Source: Myxococcales bacterium
Lineage (GTDB): Bacteria > Myxococcota_A > Bradymonadia > Bradymonadales > Bradymonadaceae
Direction: 5' to 3'
NCBI GenBank assembly: GCA_026988815.1
Contig: JALSKP010000139.1
Coordinates: forward strand, 1,927-65,926
DNA: 64,000 nt
Positions 54,947-63,706 of the stretch are shown one piece after another. The position numbers and the translations under genes were made by a program. Within the stretch, counting starts at the first letter, position 1, and every line of letters starts with the position of its first letter. A model generated the notes under the pieces. The model worked only from the letters and a program-made list of their open reading frames with translations. It had not been told where the DNA came from and searched no databases.

Positions 54947-56278
54947 CTAACCTTGGAACGCTTTATCGGTTATATCGAGTCCACGATCAATGATTTCAAA
55001 CGCTTCTTTAAGCTGCTTTTCATTGATGCAAAGAGGTGGGTTACACATAAAGCTCGACCACCGCACAAAGGTGAACAAACCATTATCGAGAAAGAATTTA
55101 CTGAGTTCAAGCATCACCGGATGTTTGGTATTATAGGCGGCAAGTTTATCACCTTTGGTATTCTTCTGGATGTCTATCATGCCAAATAATCCCAATGCCC
55201 GGCCTTCTTTCATAGAAGGATGTTTGGCCTGCAAACGATCCATTTCCGAACGCATCACGTGCTGCATTTTCTCGGCATTTTGCACAAGTTCTTCGTCGAT
55301 TAAAACATCGATATTGGCCTCCGCTGTCGCCAGCCCAAGACAATGAGAATTATAGGTTAGCCCGCCCCAAAACACATTTCCTTTAAAATATTGGGCGATC
55401 GGATCTGAGAGTCCCATCGCTGCAAGAGGTGCGTATGAACTTGTCAGGCCTTTGGCCATCGTGAGAATATCAGGCACAAAACCGTAATGTTCAAAGGCAA
55501 ACATTTTTCCCGTTCTACCAAAACCACACATCACCTCGTCACAGACCATTAAGATACCATGGCTTTGAAGAAGGGCTTTTAGTTTGGCTAAATAGCCAGC
55601 TGGCGGCGGCTGAATGCCGTTCGTTCCGATGACTGTTTCCACAAACATTGCAGCGATCTTATTGGGACCCTCATACATGATGACTTCATCCAGATACTGA
55701 AGGTGCTCGCTGACCTGGCGCTCCTCAGAATCGCCGAAACTAAAATCGTAGGGACGAGGATTCATCACGTGAATAAAACCCGGACCGCCAGGCTCGTTTT
55801 CGAGACGACGAGGATCGCCGGTCAGTTGCATGCAAGCATTTGTTGCGCCATGGTAGGAACGATAAAAAGATAAAATTTTCTGGCGGCCGGTATATTGACG
55901 TGCCGCTTTGATTGCATTTTCGTTGGCCTCGGCGCCGCCCAAACAAAAGAAAAAGGTATTGATATCACCGGGCACCAAGTCGGCTAATTTCTTTCCCATG
56001 CGAGCACGGGTTTCGGTGGCCGTGGCAGGAAAAACGTAGAGCAATTCGTCAATTTGCTTTTTCATCGCCTCCAATACCTTGGGATGGGCATGCCCAATAT
56101 TGACCGACATTAATTGACTATTGAAGTCAATGATTTTACGACCATCTGTGGTATACATGTAAATGCCTTCGCATTTTTCCACCGGCAAAGGATTCACAGA
56201 ATCCCCAGCGGCCCAGGTATACATGGTATGTTTTTTACAAAGTTCGACTATCTCTTGCGTGTCCATAAGCATCTCCAT
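54947..56278 (-). CDS. Class III (omega) PLP-dependent aminotransferase
   Basis: 443-aa ORF with GGAEANENAIK, DEVMCGFGRTG, and the PLP lysine in TMAKGLTS. Confidence 0.9.
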   Translation of the reverse strand: MEMLMDTQEIVELCKKHTMYTWAAGDSVNPLPVEKCEGIYMYTTDGRKIIDFNSQLMSVNIGHAHPKVLEAMKKQIDELLYVFPATATETRARMGKKLADLVPGDINTFFFCLGGAEANENAIKAARQYTGRQKILSFYRSYHGATNACMQLTGDPRRLENEPGGPGFIHVMNPRPYDFSFGDSEERQVSEHLQYLDEVIMYEGPNKIAAMFVETVIGTNGIQPPPAGYLAKLKALLQSHGILMVCDEVMCGFGRTGKMFAFEHYGFVPDILTMAKGLTSSYAPLAAMGLSDPIAQYFKGNVFWGGLTYNSHCLGLATAEANIDVLIDEELVQNAEKMQHVMRSEMDRLQAKHPSMKEGRALGLFGMIDIQKNTKGDKLAAYNTKHPVMLELSKFFLDNGLFTFVRWSSFMCNPPLCINEKQLKEAFEIIDRGLDITDKAFQG

Positions 56279-56316
56279 AAAACAGAACGCTAGAGTTGTA
56301 ACGAAAGGAATCTAAA

Positions 56317-57357
56317 TTGAAAATATCGACATTGTTTTTGTTCTCATGCTTCGCATTATCGAACTGTTCTAGCTCCAAAGAATCTATAAATCCGACCGAT
56401 ACACTCCAAATCAACGTCGATATGGGCACGACATCGGATGCCAAGGACACCAGCGATGTCACGGACGTGAAAGACCTCGGCGAGGATATCTCATTAGATT
56501 TTGATCCGCGGCGCACCTGTTATACCGAAGTTGTATCCCTTGGTGAAGTTGAAGATGACAAGATCAACGAAATTTCGGGTATCGCCATCAGTCGCACCCA
56601 AAATGTTATCTGGGTACACAACGACTCAGGTGACGAAGATGGACAATTTTATGCCCTCGACTTTCAAGGAAAATTGGTTGGAACCTTTGTCCTAGAAGGT
56701 GCCAAATCCAAAGATTGGGAAGACCTTGGAATTGTTGAATCCGAAGGGAAAACCTATTTATACTTCGCCGATACGGGTGACAACAAGGCGCGATCGGGAA
56801 CAGGCGGGCGATCCAAAGTGCGTGTATATCGCGTCGAAGAACCCCTCGTCGATCTTAGTGCGAATACCGACGTAGCCCAGATACTACCAGACTATGAAAG
56901 ATACACCTTTACCTATCCTGAAGGCGCCAGAGATTGCGAATCTCTCCTCGTCGATCCACGCACAATGGACTTGTATCTCCTCGAAAAAAAGAACACCGGG
57001 GATGTCCATTTCTTCCGAGCGCCCTCACCTGTTGATGGAACAAATACCGAGCTTGAACAATTGACGAGTATCCCTATCGGAAACGATTCCTACCCCGGAG
57101 CTGCCACGACGGCGTCCTCGATTTCAGCCGATGGCCATTGGATAATAGTAAAAACCTATACAAGTGTTCTTCTTTTTCCTTGGTTTGGCGGAGATTTTAG
57201 TGCGGCCGTAAGCACCGCCCCGATCGTCCTACCCGTCCCCCGAGAGATTCAAGGTGAATCAATTGATTTCGGTAACATCGGAGAAGGTGAAGGCATTCTC
57301 ACCATCTCGGAGGGGAAAAATCCCTCGCTCAATTTCATGAAGGATAATTGTAAATGA
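56317..57357 (+). CDS. Secreted lipoprotein, probably a beta-propeller-like fold, function unknown
   Basis: 346-aa ORF with a TTG start 6 nt after AAAGGAA and lipobox LSNCSS. It is beta-rich with repeated D/G-rich turns. Its stop overlaps the start of the next gene (ATGA). Confidence 0.7.
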   Translation: MKISTLFLFSCFALSNCSSSKESINPTDTLQINVDMGTTSDAKDTSDVTDVKDLGEDISLDFDPRRTCYTEVVSLGEVEDDKINEISGIAISRTQNVIWVHNDSGDEDGQFYALDFQGKLVGTFVLEGAKSKDWEDLGIVESEGKTYLYFADTGDNKARSGTGGRSKVRVYRVEEPLVDLSANTDVAQILPDYERYTFTYPEGARDCESLLVDPRTMDLYLLEKKNTGDVHFFRAPSPVDGTNTELEQLTSIPIGNDSYPGAATTASSISADGHWIIVKTYTSVLLFPWFGGDFSAAVSTAPIVLPVPREIQGESIDFGNIGEGEGILTISEGKNPSLNFMKDNCK

Positions 57358-58016
57358 ATAAAGTATTTGATTTTGAACAGGCCGCAATCGGATCGATTGT
57401 CGTTGGCCCCTTGCAAACCAATGTCTACGTTATTGGATGTAAAGAAACCAAAGAAGCGGCGATTATTGATGCGGGGGGAAATGCGCCCGGTCTTTTGCAA
57501 CTCGCAGAAACGCTTGGGTTTAAGATTACAAAAATTTTACAAACCCACGCCCATATTGATCACGTTGCCGCGCTCGGCGAAATCAAAGAAGCCACTGGTA
57601 TGCCGATTTATTTACATCCCGCCGACCAGCCCCTTTATGACGCCGCGGTCGAACAGGGAAAACGCTTTGGATTTCAGCTTGAACCTTTGCCGCCCGTTGA
57701 TGAAAGTTTAGAAGACGGTCAGGTCATCGAAATCGGAAATCTAAAAACGCAGGTGTGGTTTCTACCCGGACATAGCCCAGGCAGCGTTGCTTTCTTTTTC
57801 GAAGAGTTGAAAGTGGCCTTAAGTGGCGATGTTCTTTTTGCGGGTTCAATCGGACGTGTCGATCTTCCCTTGAGCGATCCCGCGAGTATGAAAACCTCGC
57901 TTGAACGCCTAAAGAAAGATATGCCCGATGATACACTCATCCTTTCCGGCCATGGTCCCGAAACGACCATGGAAATGGAGCGCAAACGCAATCCTTTTCT
58001 AAATCAAGATTGGTAA
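57354..58016 (+). CDS. MBL-fold metallo-hydrolase (glyoxalase II-like)
   Basis: 220-aa ORF with HxHxDH (THAHIDH), a downstream PGHSPGS, and a GD...GR pattern. Confidence 0.9.
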   Translation: MNKVFDFEQAAIGSIVVGPLQTNVYVIGCKETKEAAIIDAGGNAPGLLQLAETLGFKITKILQTHAHIDHVAALGEIKEATGMPIYLHPADQPLYDAAVEQGKRFGFQLEPLPPVDESLEDGQVIEIGNLKTQVWFLPGHSPGSVAFFFEELKVALSGDVLFAGSIGRVDLPLSDPASMKTSLERLKKDMPDDTLILSGHGPETTMEMERKRNPFLNQDW

Positions 58017-58132
58017 ATATTTTTACTAAAAAAACAATCCGAGGTCTCGATCCCTTTTTGAATAAATGGCGATGCCTCTTGCTACCCTAAGCCTGGCTGA
58101 TAGGCTGGCTTGACCTGAAACCTGGCTTATTT

Positions 58133-59869
58133 ATGTGGAAGAATGAAAATCCCTGTTCGATTATTGCTGAATCCAAAACCACCAACGGAAAGGTTATTTC
58201 TCCTCAAGGAGAGTTACTTTTTTTAAATGTGGAGGGGACCTTCACCGAAATGGCGACGCAAATGGGAATGCGTTTAAAAGATGAAATTCACCAAGGCACG
58301 CTCCCTTTCTTTTCAGAGTATATCGAAAAAACCTTACTCAACTCGCCGATGCGAAAAGTGGCGCGGACGATCAACTGGGCACTTTTTAAAACGATTACCG
58401 ATCGTCTTCGATCAAATATTACACCGCATTTTACCGAGGCCCTCGACGCCTTTGCCGATGCTGCCGAATTTCCAAAGTCCCAAATGTACAAGGCCGTCCT
58501 CGCGCCGGAAACCTTTTTGTGGGTCCTTGGCACCTACTATAAATTTCTGAAACGCCCTCCTGCAAAAGGCCTCGCTGGAATGCCGGTCTATGGTTGTACG
58601 AGTGCGATTTCTGTACCGCCTCGCTCACAAACCACATTGCACGCCAGAAATTTTGATTATTTCGGCATGGGCTATTGGGATAAATTCGCGACCCTCACTT
58701 TCTATAATCCTGTCGACGGAATGGATTACGTGGGGGTAGGAAGTGCCGGTACCATTGGCGGCGGCGTCACATGTATGAACCGCGCGGGTCTAACTTTTGT
58801 CGTGCATCAGCACTTTCCAGACACCTTCGATATGTGCGGTATACCTGTGGGAATCGCTGGCGAACAAGTCGCAAAATATGCGAGAAATATCGACGAGGCC
58901 GTAGAAATTTTACGCGATTTTCCGCCCTTCGGAGGTTGGACCTACATCATGTCGGAAGGGGATACAGGGCGTGCTGCTGTTTTCGAAGTTGCGGCGGGTA
59001 AGGAATCCTTATCCTGGTTGAATCCAGAAGAAAACGCGCTCGGTTATGCAAATGTGTATTGGGGCGAGAATTTAAAAGATACCGAAATCGATTATTATCC
59101 AGAGTACCGTCGCTGTAATTATGCGCGACAAAACCGGGTTGCAACGTGTGTAGGTTCCCCAGGAAACGGAAGGGTTGAAGCAATGGCAACAATTCTTGGC
59201 GACGCGGTCGATCCAGAAACGGGGAAAGAACGCATTCTTGGACCGTCCATTTTGACGCCAATGACTGTTGCAAGTGTAGTTTTTGAGCCCGAGCATCGAC
59301 GTGTCTGGGTGGCGGCAGGAAACGCTCCCACCAGCCGCGGTTGGTTCGTTCCTTTCACGCTTGGAGGCGGTCCGGGTGAGGGAAGACCCGATGTTTCCCA
59401 AGCACCTTTTGAAACCTATTCGGGTTGGCGGGAGAAGCCCGAAGGACGTGCCTTCGCACTTTACCAAGAGGCGTTAATTGGCTCTTTGGATGGTATGCCC
59501 GCTGAGCGAAAACTCGTTTTGATTGAACACGCGATCGCGCTAGCACCAGACGATCCCGCCCTCCACGTTATTGCGGGTTTGCTTTCCTTAAAACTCGACA
59601 ATGGTCAACGCGCCGAAGGTTCTTTTCGAAGAGGACGAGAGCGAACTTCACGTTCAGATCGAAAAGCCGAAATCACGCTTTATCTGGCGTGGGCATTAGA
59701 CCTCCAAAAACAACGTGGTGCGGCCAAGAAACTCTACCAGGAAGTTGTGGACGACAAACACGCCGATGAGGCGAGTACAAAACGCGCAAAACAGGGCAAA
59801 TGGGTTCGTTTTAAAAAAGAACATGCGAACAATCTTACGCTTGATCTCACCTACGGCGGCGTGCCTTGA
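58133..59869 (+). CDS. C45-family (acyl-CoA:6-APA acyltransferase-like) Ntn hydrolase with C-terminal TPR-like region
   Basis: 578-aa ORF. The candidate nucleophile context is VYGCTSAISVPP...LHARNFDY. The C-terminal roughly 130 aa is helical and TPR-like. Confidence 0.65.
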   Translation: MWKNENPCSIIAESKTTNGKVISPQGELLFLNVEGTFTEMATQMGMRLKDEIHQGTLPFFSEYIEKTLLNSPMRKVARTINWALFKTITDRLRSNITPHFTEALDAFADAAEFPKSQMYKAVLAPETFLWVLGTYYKFLKRPPAKGLAGMPVYGCTSAISVPPRSQTTLHARNFDYFGMGYWDKFATLTFYNPVDGMDYVGVGSAGTIGGGVTCMNRAGLTFVVHQHFPDTFDMCGIPVGIAGEQVAKYARNIDEAVEILRDFPPFGGWTYIMSEGDTGRAAVFEVAAGKESLSWLNPEENALGYANVYWGENLKDTEIDYYPEYRRCNYARQNRVATCVGSPGNGRVEAMATILGDAVDPETGKERILGPSILTPMTVASVVFEPEHRRVWVAAGNAPTSRGWFVPFTLGGGPGEGRPDVSQAPFETYSGWREKPEGRAFALYQEALIGSLDGMPAERKLVLIEHAIALAPDDPALHVIAGLLSLKLDNGQRAEGSFRRGRERTSRSDRKAEITLYLAWALDLQKQRGAAKKLYQEVVDDKHADEASTKRAKQGKWVRFKKEHANNLTLDLTYGGVP

Positions 59870-59949
59870 GAGCAATAGAATAGAATTGAACGTTCAGCGT
59901 GACCTAATTTTCGCGCTTCAAGAACAAGCACCCGAAGTTCAAAATCACA

Positions 59950-61125
59950 TTAATTCGTAATCGAGAGGACCATAAATTGTAGGTAATCAAATTCTGGAAA
60001 ACCGGGCGGGTAAGGATGGTCGACATCTGGCCCGGAGAAAGAATGAATGTTCACTGGTGATTTTGCCTGCCGAGAGGCCTCGTTTACAATGTCTCGGAAA
60101 TGCTTTTGATCGATATGACTGCTACATGATGCTAACGCAACGATACCTCCCAAAGGCGCAATTTCGAGTACTTTGGCAAAGAGACGAATGTAGGCTTTTT
60201 TACCTTTATTGATATCCTTTCGCCGCTTTACATAACTTGGCGGATCGCAAACGATGACCTCAAAAGGCGATTGACGTCGATAGAATTGCGCCAAATACGC
60301 CTCGACATCTTGGGCGATAAATTGGTGCTCATCAAGATTGAGTCCGTTGATCCGAAAGTTTTCTCTGGCCATCTCAATGGCGGGTTTGGCAAGATCGACG
60401 GTTGTCGTTTTTGCGCCGCTCGTGGTCGCGGCGACCACCGAAAACCCGCCCGTATATCCAAAAAGATTCAGCATATTCTTCCCCTTCGCCCAAGCGGAAA
60501 TAGCGCTACGATTGGCGCGTTGGTCTAGGAAAAACCCCGTCTTTTGTCCTTGAATAGGATCGCAGATAAAGCGAACGCCATGCTCTAAAAAGGAGATAGG
60601 TTTACTTATTTTTCCGAATACGCATTCGGCTTTTGGTTTTTTATCCCGGTATTTTTCGGAACGACGGATAACGATATTTTTCATCCCGCATCGCTGCAGC
60701 AGAAAATCTTGGGTACACGCAATCCATCGTTCAGCGGCGCGGCCGTCCACGCGAATCACGCCTGTTGAATCGTAAATATCGATAACAATACCTGGGATAC
60801 GATCCCCCTCACCATTACTCAAACGGTAGCCTGTGGTATTTTCATCGAAGTAGCATTCACGCAATTTCTTGGCACTTTCCAAACGTTTCCATAAAAGCGT
60901 ATCGTCGACAGAAATCCCTTTTCTTAGCGTCCAAAGGCGTAGCGAAAGCGGCGACCCATTCTCATAAGGACCACGTCCGATGAAAAGATCATCATTATCG
61001 TAGAGATCGACAATAGTACCGTTCTTTACCTTTTCTTCTAAATGTAGCGCATCTGCGTACACCCAAGGATGACCGCCGAGCAGGCTTTTGGAAATGTTTT
61101 GAGTCAGTTTAGCTTTGGGATTCAC
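59950..61125 (-). CDS. Class I SAM-dependent rRNA (cytosine-C5) methyltransferase, RlmI-like
   Basis: 391-aa ORF with an N-terminal PUA-like region, the SAM motif LNLFGYTGGFSV, and DPPSY (DPPxF/Y). Confidence 0.85.
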   Translation of the reverse strand: MNPKAKLTQNISKSLLGGHPWVYADALHLEEKVKNGTIVDLYDNDDLFIGRGPYENGSPLSLRLWTLRKGISVDDTLLWKRLESAKKLRECYFDENTTGYRLSNGEGDRIPGIVIDIYDSTGVIRVDGRAAERWIACTQDFLLQRCGMKNIVIRRSEKYRDKKPKAECVFGKISKPISFLEHGVRFICDPIQGQKTGFFLDQRANRSAISAWAKGKNMLNLFGYTGGFSVVAATTSGAKTTTVDLAKPAIEMARENFRINGLNLDEHQFIAQDVEAYLAQFYRRQSPFEVIVCDPPSYVKRRKDINKGKKAYIRLFAKVLEIAPLGGIVALASCSSHIDQKHFRDIVNEASRQAKSPVNIHSFSGPDVDHPYPPGFPEFDYLQFMVLSITN

Positions 61126-61190
61126 GTTCGTCCTAAAATAGAGTCGTATTTGGACTTTGGCTTCAAAGTCTTTGCGCTGGCCAAGGGTTT

Positions 61191-62597
61191 TTAACGCATC
61201 AAGGTCGATTCTATTTTTGCAATATCGGCCGACAGTTCTTCACCTTGATCAACAATTTTGCTCATTTTTTTGAAGGCGCTGATCACGCTCGAATGGTCTT
61301 TCTTAAAATCTCGTCCCAGTTCAGGAAAGGAGGACTTGGTTAGTTTGCGAGATAGATACATCGCAATTTGACGTGGACGACTGATCGCGCGGGTTCGACC
61401 TGCGCCGCGAATATCAGAGGGCTTGATATCGTAATAATTGGCAACGATTTTTATGATCTGCTTTGTGGTGAGCACACGTACACGGTTCAGATTCATCTTC
61501 GCCAAGGTGGTCTTCACAAATTCTAAGGTTAGCCGCGTTCCCATCAAACTCGCCTGCGCGCCGAGTCTGATAAGCGTGCCTTCGAGTTCTCGTACGTTCG
61601 AGGAAATCGTATTTGCGATGAGCATTGCCACATCGCCGCTCAAGCGAATCCCATCGCGCTCGGCTTTCTTTTCAAGGATCGCAACGCGGGTCTCCATACG
61701 TGGCGCTTGAATATCGGCGATCAGGCCCCATGCGAAACGCGATGCCAAACGCTCCTCAATACCAGGCAGTTCTCGAGGCGCTTTATCGGAGGCAATAACG
61801 ATTTGTTTGCCCGCATTATACAAGGCATTAAAAGTATGGAAAAACTCTTCTTGGGTCGAAACTTTCCCACCAATAAACTGAATATCGTCGATTAGAAGAA
61901 GGTCAACGTTATCACGAAAGTGCTGTCTAAAAGCGTGCATTTCGCGCGTTCGAAGTGCGCCGATCATCTGATTGGTGAACTCCTCAGCAGAAAGATAACA
62001 GACACGTGTTGAGGGATCGCGTTTGAGTGCCGCGTTTCCTATCGCTTGCAGAAGGTGCGTTTTTCCTAAGCCGGTACCGCCGAAAATAAAAAGAGGATTG
62101 TAGATAGGTGTAGACGAGGAGGCCACGGCCGAACAAGCCGCGTGCACGAATTCGCTATTTCCACCCACCACAAAGGCGTCGAAATTATAGCGCGCGCTTA
62201 GCCCCGCTTCTTTGGCTTTTTCCAAAACATCGCTTTCTTCAACGGCTCTCAATTCGGTATCCACAAGCGTTAAGGTCGCGCCAGCAATTCTTGATTGCTT
62301 CGCCGCATTTGGACGGTTCAAATTGATGACTTGGGACTGGTTTGCAACAACTGGCAACGCTCCACTGACGCTAATCTGTGGACGAATCGGTTCATGAAGG
62401 ACCGCAAAAAAAGAATGTTCGATGAGGTCTAGATAATTGGTCTCGATCCACGCCTTAAAAAAATCGTCTTCAACCTCCAGATAAGCGACATCGCTTTCAA
62501 TGGTGGTAAAGATGATATTTTTGAACCAAGATTCAAAAATATGTGAGCTCACTTTTTGAGCGAGATCATCTAGCACAGCTGTCCAAACTTCTGTCAT
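61191..62597 (-). CDS. dnaA: Chromosomal replication initiator protein DnaA
   Basis: 468-aa ORF with Walker A (GGTGLGKTHLL), Walker B (LLIDDIQF), sensor motifs, and the C-terminal DNA-binding domain (IAMYLSRKLTKSSFPELGRDFKKDHSSV). Confidence 0.95.
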   Translation of the reverse strand: MTEVWTAVLDDLAQKVSSHIFESWFKNIIFTTIESDVAYLEVEDDFFKAWIETNYLDLIEHSFFAVLHEPIRPQISVSGALPVVANQSQVINLNRPNAAKQSRIAGATLTLVDTELRAVEESDVLEKAKEAGLSARYNFDAFVVGGNSEFVHAACSAVASSSTPIYNPLFIFGGTGLGKTHLLQAIGNAALKRDPSTRVCYLSAEEFTNQMIGALRTREMHAFRQHFRDNVDLLLIDDIQFIGGKVSTQEEFFHTFNALYNAGKQIVIASDKAPRELPGIEERLASRFAWGLIADIQAPRMETRVAILEKKAERDGIRLSGDVAMLIANTISSNVRELEGTLIRLGAQASLMGTRLTLEFVKTTLAKMNLNRVRVLTTKQIIKIVANYYDIKPSDIRGAGRTRAISRPRQIAMYLSRKLTKSSFPELGRDFKKDHSSVISAFKKMSKIVDQGEELSADIAKIESTLMR

Positions 62598-63022
62598 TCA
62601 CTGTCCGTTAGGCGTAGGTTCAATTGTCGTTACCTCGGTAAGTCGGTGGCGAGGCGTTCGATATTGATAGGCAGAAGCGCGAGAAGGATCAACCGGGTTT
62701 TTCGTCATTTTTGCCTAAATTTTAGTTGCCTTTTTTACCACCCTTCTTGGGTGCTTTTGGAAGACCGCCCCCACACTCAGGATCATGTTTTTCCTAAACA
62801 TTTTTTACATAAATAAGTTTTTTTGAAGAAATATTTTGCACAAATTCTTCGAAAAACCCTTGACGAAGACGATCACGGCACGGTTACAAATCGATCGTCG
62901 AATGTGCCAATTTCGCACAGCTGGAAGCACATCAGATCGACCTGATCGGCTTCGCAAAAAGGTGATCAGGTTGAGTCCAAATTCAACTTGCCTTTGAACG
63001 ATCTACAAGCGATCGTAGGCCC
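62598..63022. other. dnaA upstream spacer; weak candidate for dnaA promoter and/or an oriC segment
   Basis: 425-bp ORF-free spacer with an AT-rich core at about 62785-62857. One relaxed DnaA box, TTTTGCACA (62834-62842), fits TTWTNCACA. TTTCGCACA (62911-62919) has one mismatch. No perfect TTATCCACA box is present. Confidence 0.3.
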
Positions 63023-63706
63023 ATGAAAGTATACCATTTCACCACTCTGCTCCTCTTCCTGGTTGCCTGCGGCGAATCTTCGTCGAACAACAATGTTGAG
63101 ATCGTCCCAGCCAAAGGTCTGGTTCGTACAATCGCAAGCGCGCAATGCGAACGCATCTTCTCCTGTTGCAATAACGAAGACCTCAAGATCGTTCTGGCCG
63201 GACAGGATGAGCTCACCCAAGCCAGCTGCGAGAAAAACCTCGAAAAACAGCTTAGCGCTTTCTTTGGACCCTCCATTGAATCCGCTCAGAAAAAAGAATG
63301 GATCACCCTTAAGGCATCAAAAATAGCATCTTGTGGCGAGGCCATTGGCACCCAGAGTTGTGCAACTATTTCTGATGATAGCACGCAAATTCAACGCTTT
63401 GAGGCCTGCAGAGATGCCGTGGTAGCCAAACAGGAAAGCTCGGGATTTTGCGAAAATAATTTCGAATGTAAATCCTCCTTTTGTGTTTCTGGAAGCGAGG
63501 CGGGAAGTTGTAAGACCATCCCTGGCGCCGGTTCTGCCTGTGAATCTGGAACTTGCGGACGAGGTTTCTTCTGTGATGAAACCGATTCATGCACGCCTCT
63601 TGGCGTCCAAGGCGACGCCTGTCTGAGCAATTCTAATTGTCTTAGCCAGCGATGCAATATTGAAGACGATACCTGTGAACCTGAAGTCGGATTATGTAAT
63701 GGTTGA
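63023..63706 (+). CDS. Cysteine-rich secreted lipoprotein
   Basis: 227-aa ORF with lipobox LVACGES and more than 20 Cys. The C-terminal third has repeated C-x(5-8)-C modules (FCENNFECKSSFC, SCKTIPGAGSACESGTCGRGFFC, DACLSNSNCLSQRC). Confidence 0.75.
   Translation: MKVYHFTTLLLFLVACGESSSNNNVEIVPAKGLVRTIASAQCERIFSCCNNEDLKIVLAGQDELTQASCEKNLEKQLSAFFGPSIESAQKKEWITLKASKIASCGEAIGTQSCATISDDSTQIQRFEACRDAVVAKQESSGFCENNFECKSSFCVSGSEAGSCKTIPGAGSACESGTCGRGFFCDETDSCTPLGVQGDACLSNSNCLSQRCNIEDDTCEPEVGLCNG

Noticed and set aside
58070-58132. Repeated CTGGCT units (AGCCTGGCT, AGGCTGGCT, ACCTGGCTT) upstream of the C45 gene as a possible sigma-54 promoter.
   Set aside because: Neither register fits TGGCAC-N5-TTGCW. 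The -12 GC is missing at the right spacing.
61148-61165. Hairpin GACTTTG-gctt-CAAAGTC between dnaA and the rlmI-like gene as the dnaA terminator.
   Set aside because: The 7-bp stem is real, but on the minus strand (the dnaA sense strand) it is not followed by a U-tract. It was left uncalled.
62860-62890. TTGACG ... TACAAA as a sigma-70 promoter for the Cys-rich lipoprotein gene.
   Set aside because: The spacer is 19 nt for the best -10 match (4 of 6 positions), and the site lies 135 nt from the start codon. This is too weak to call.
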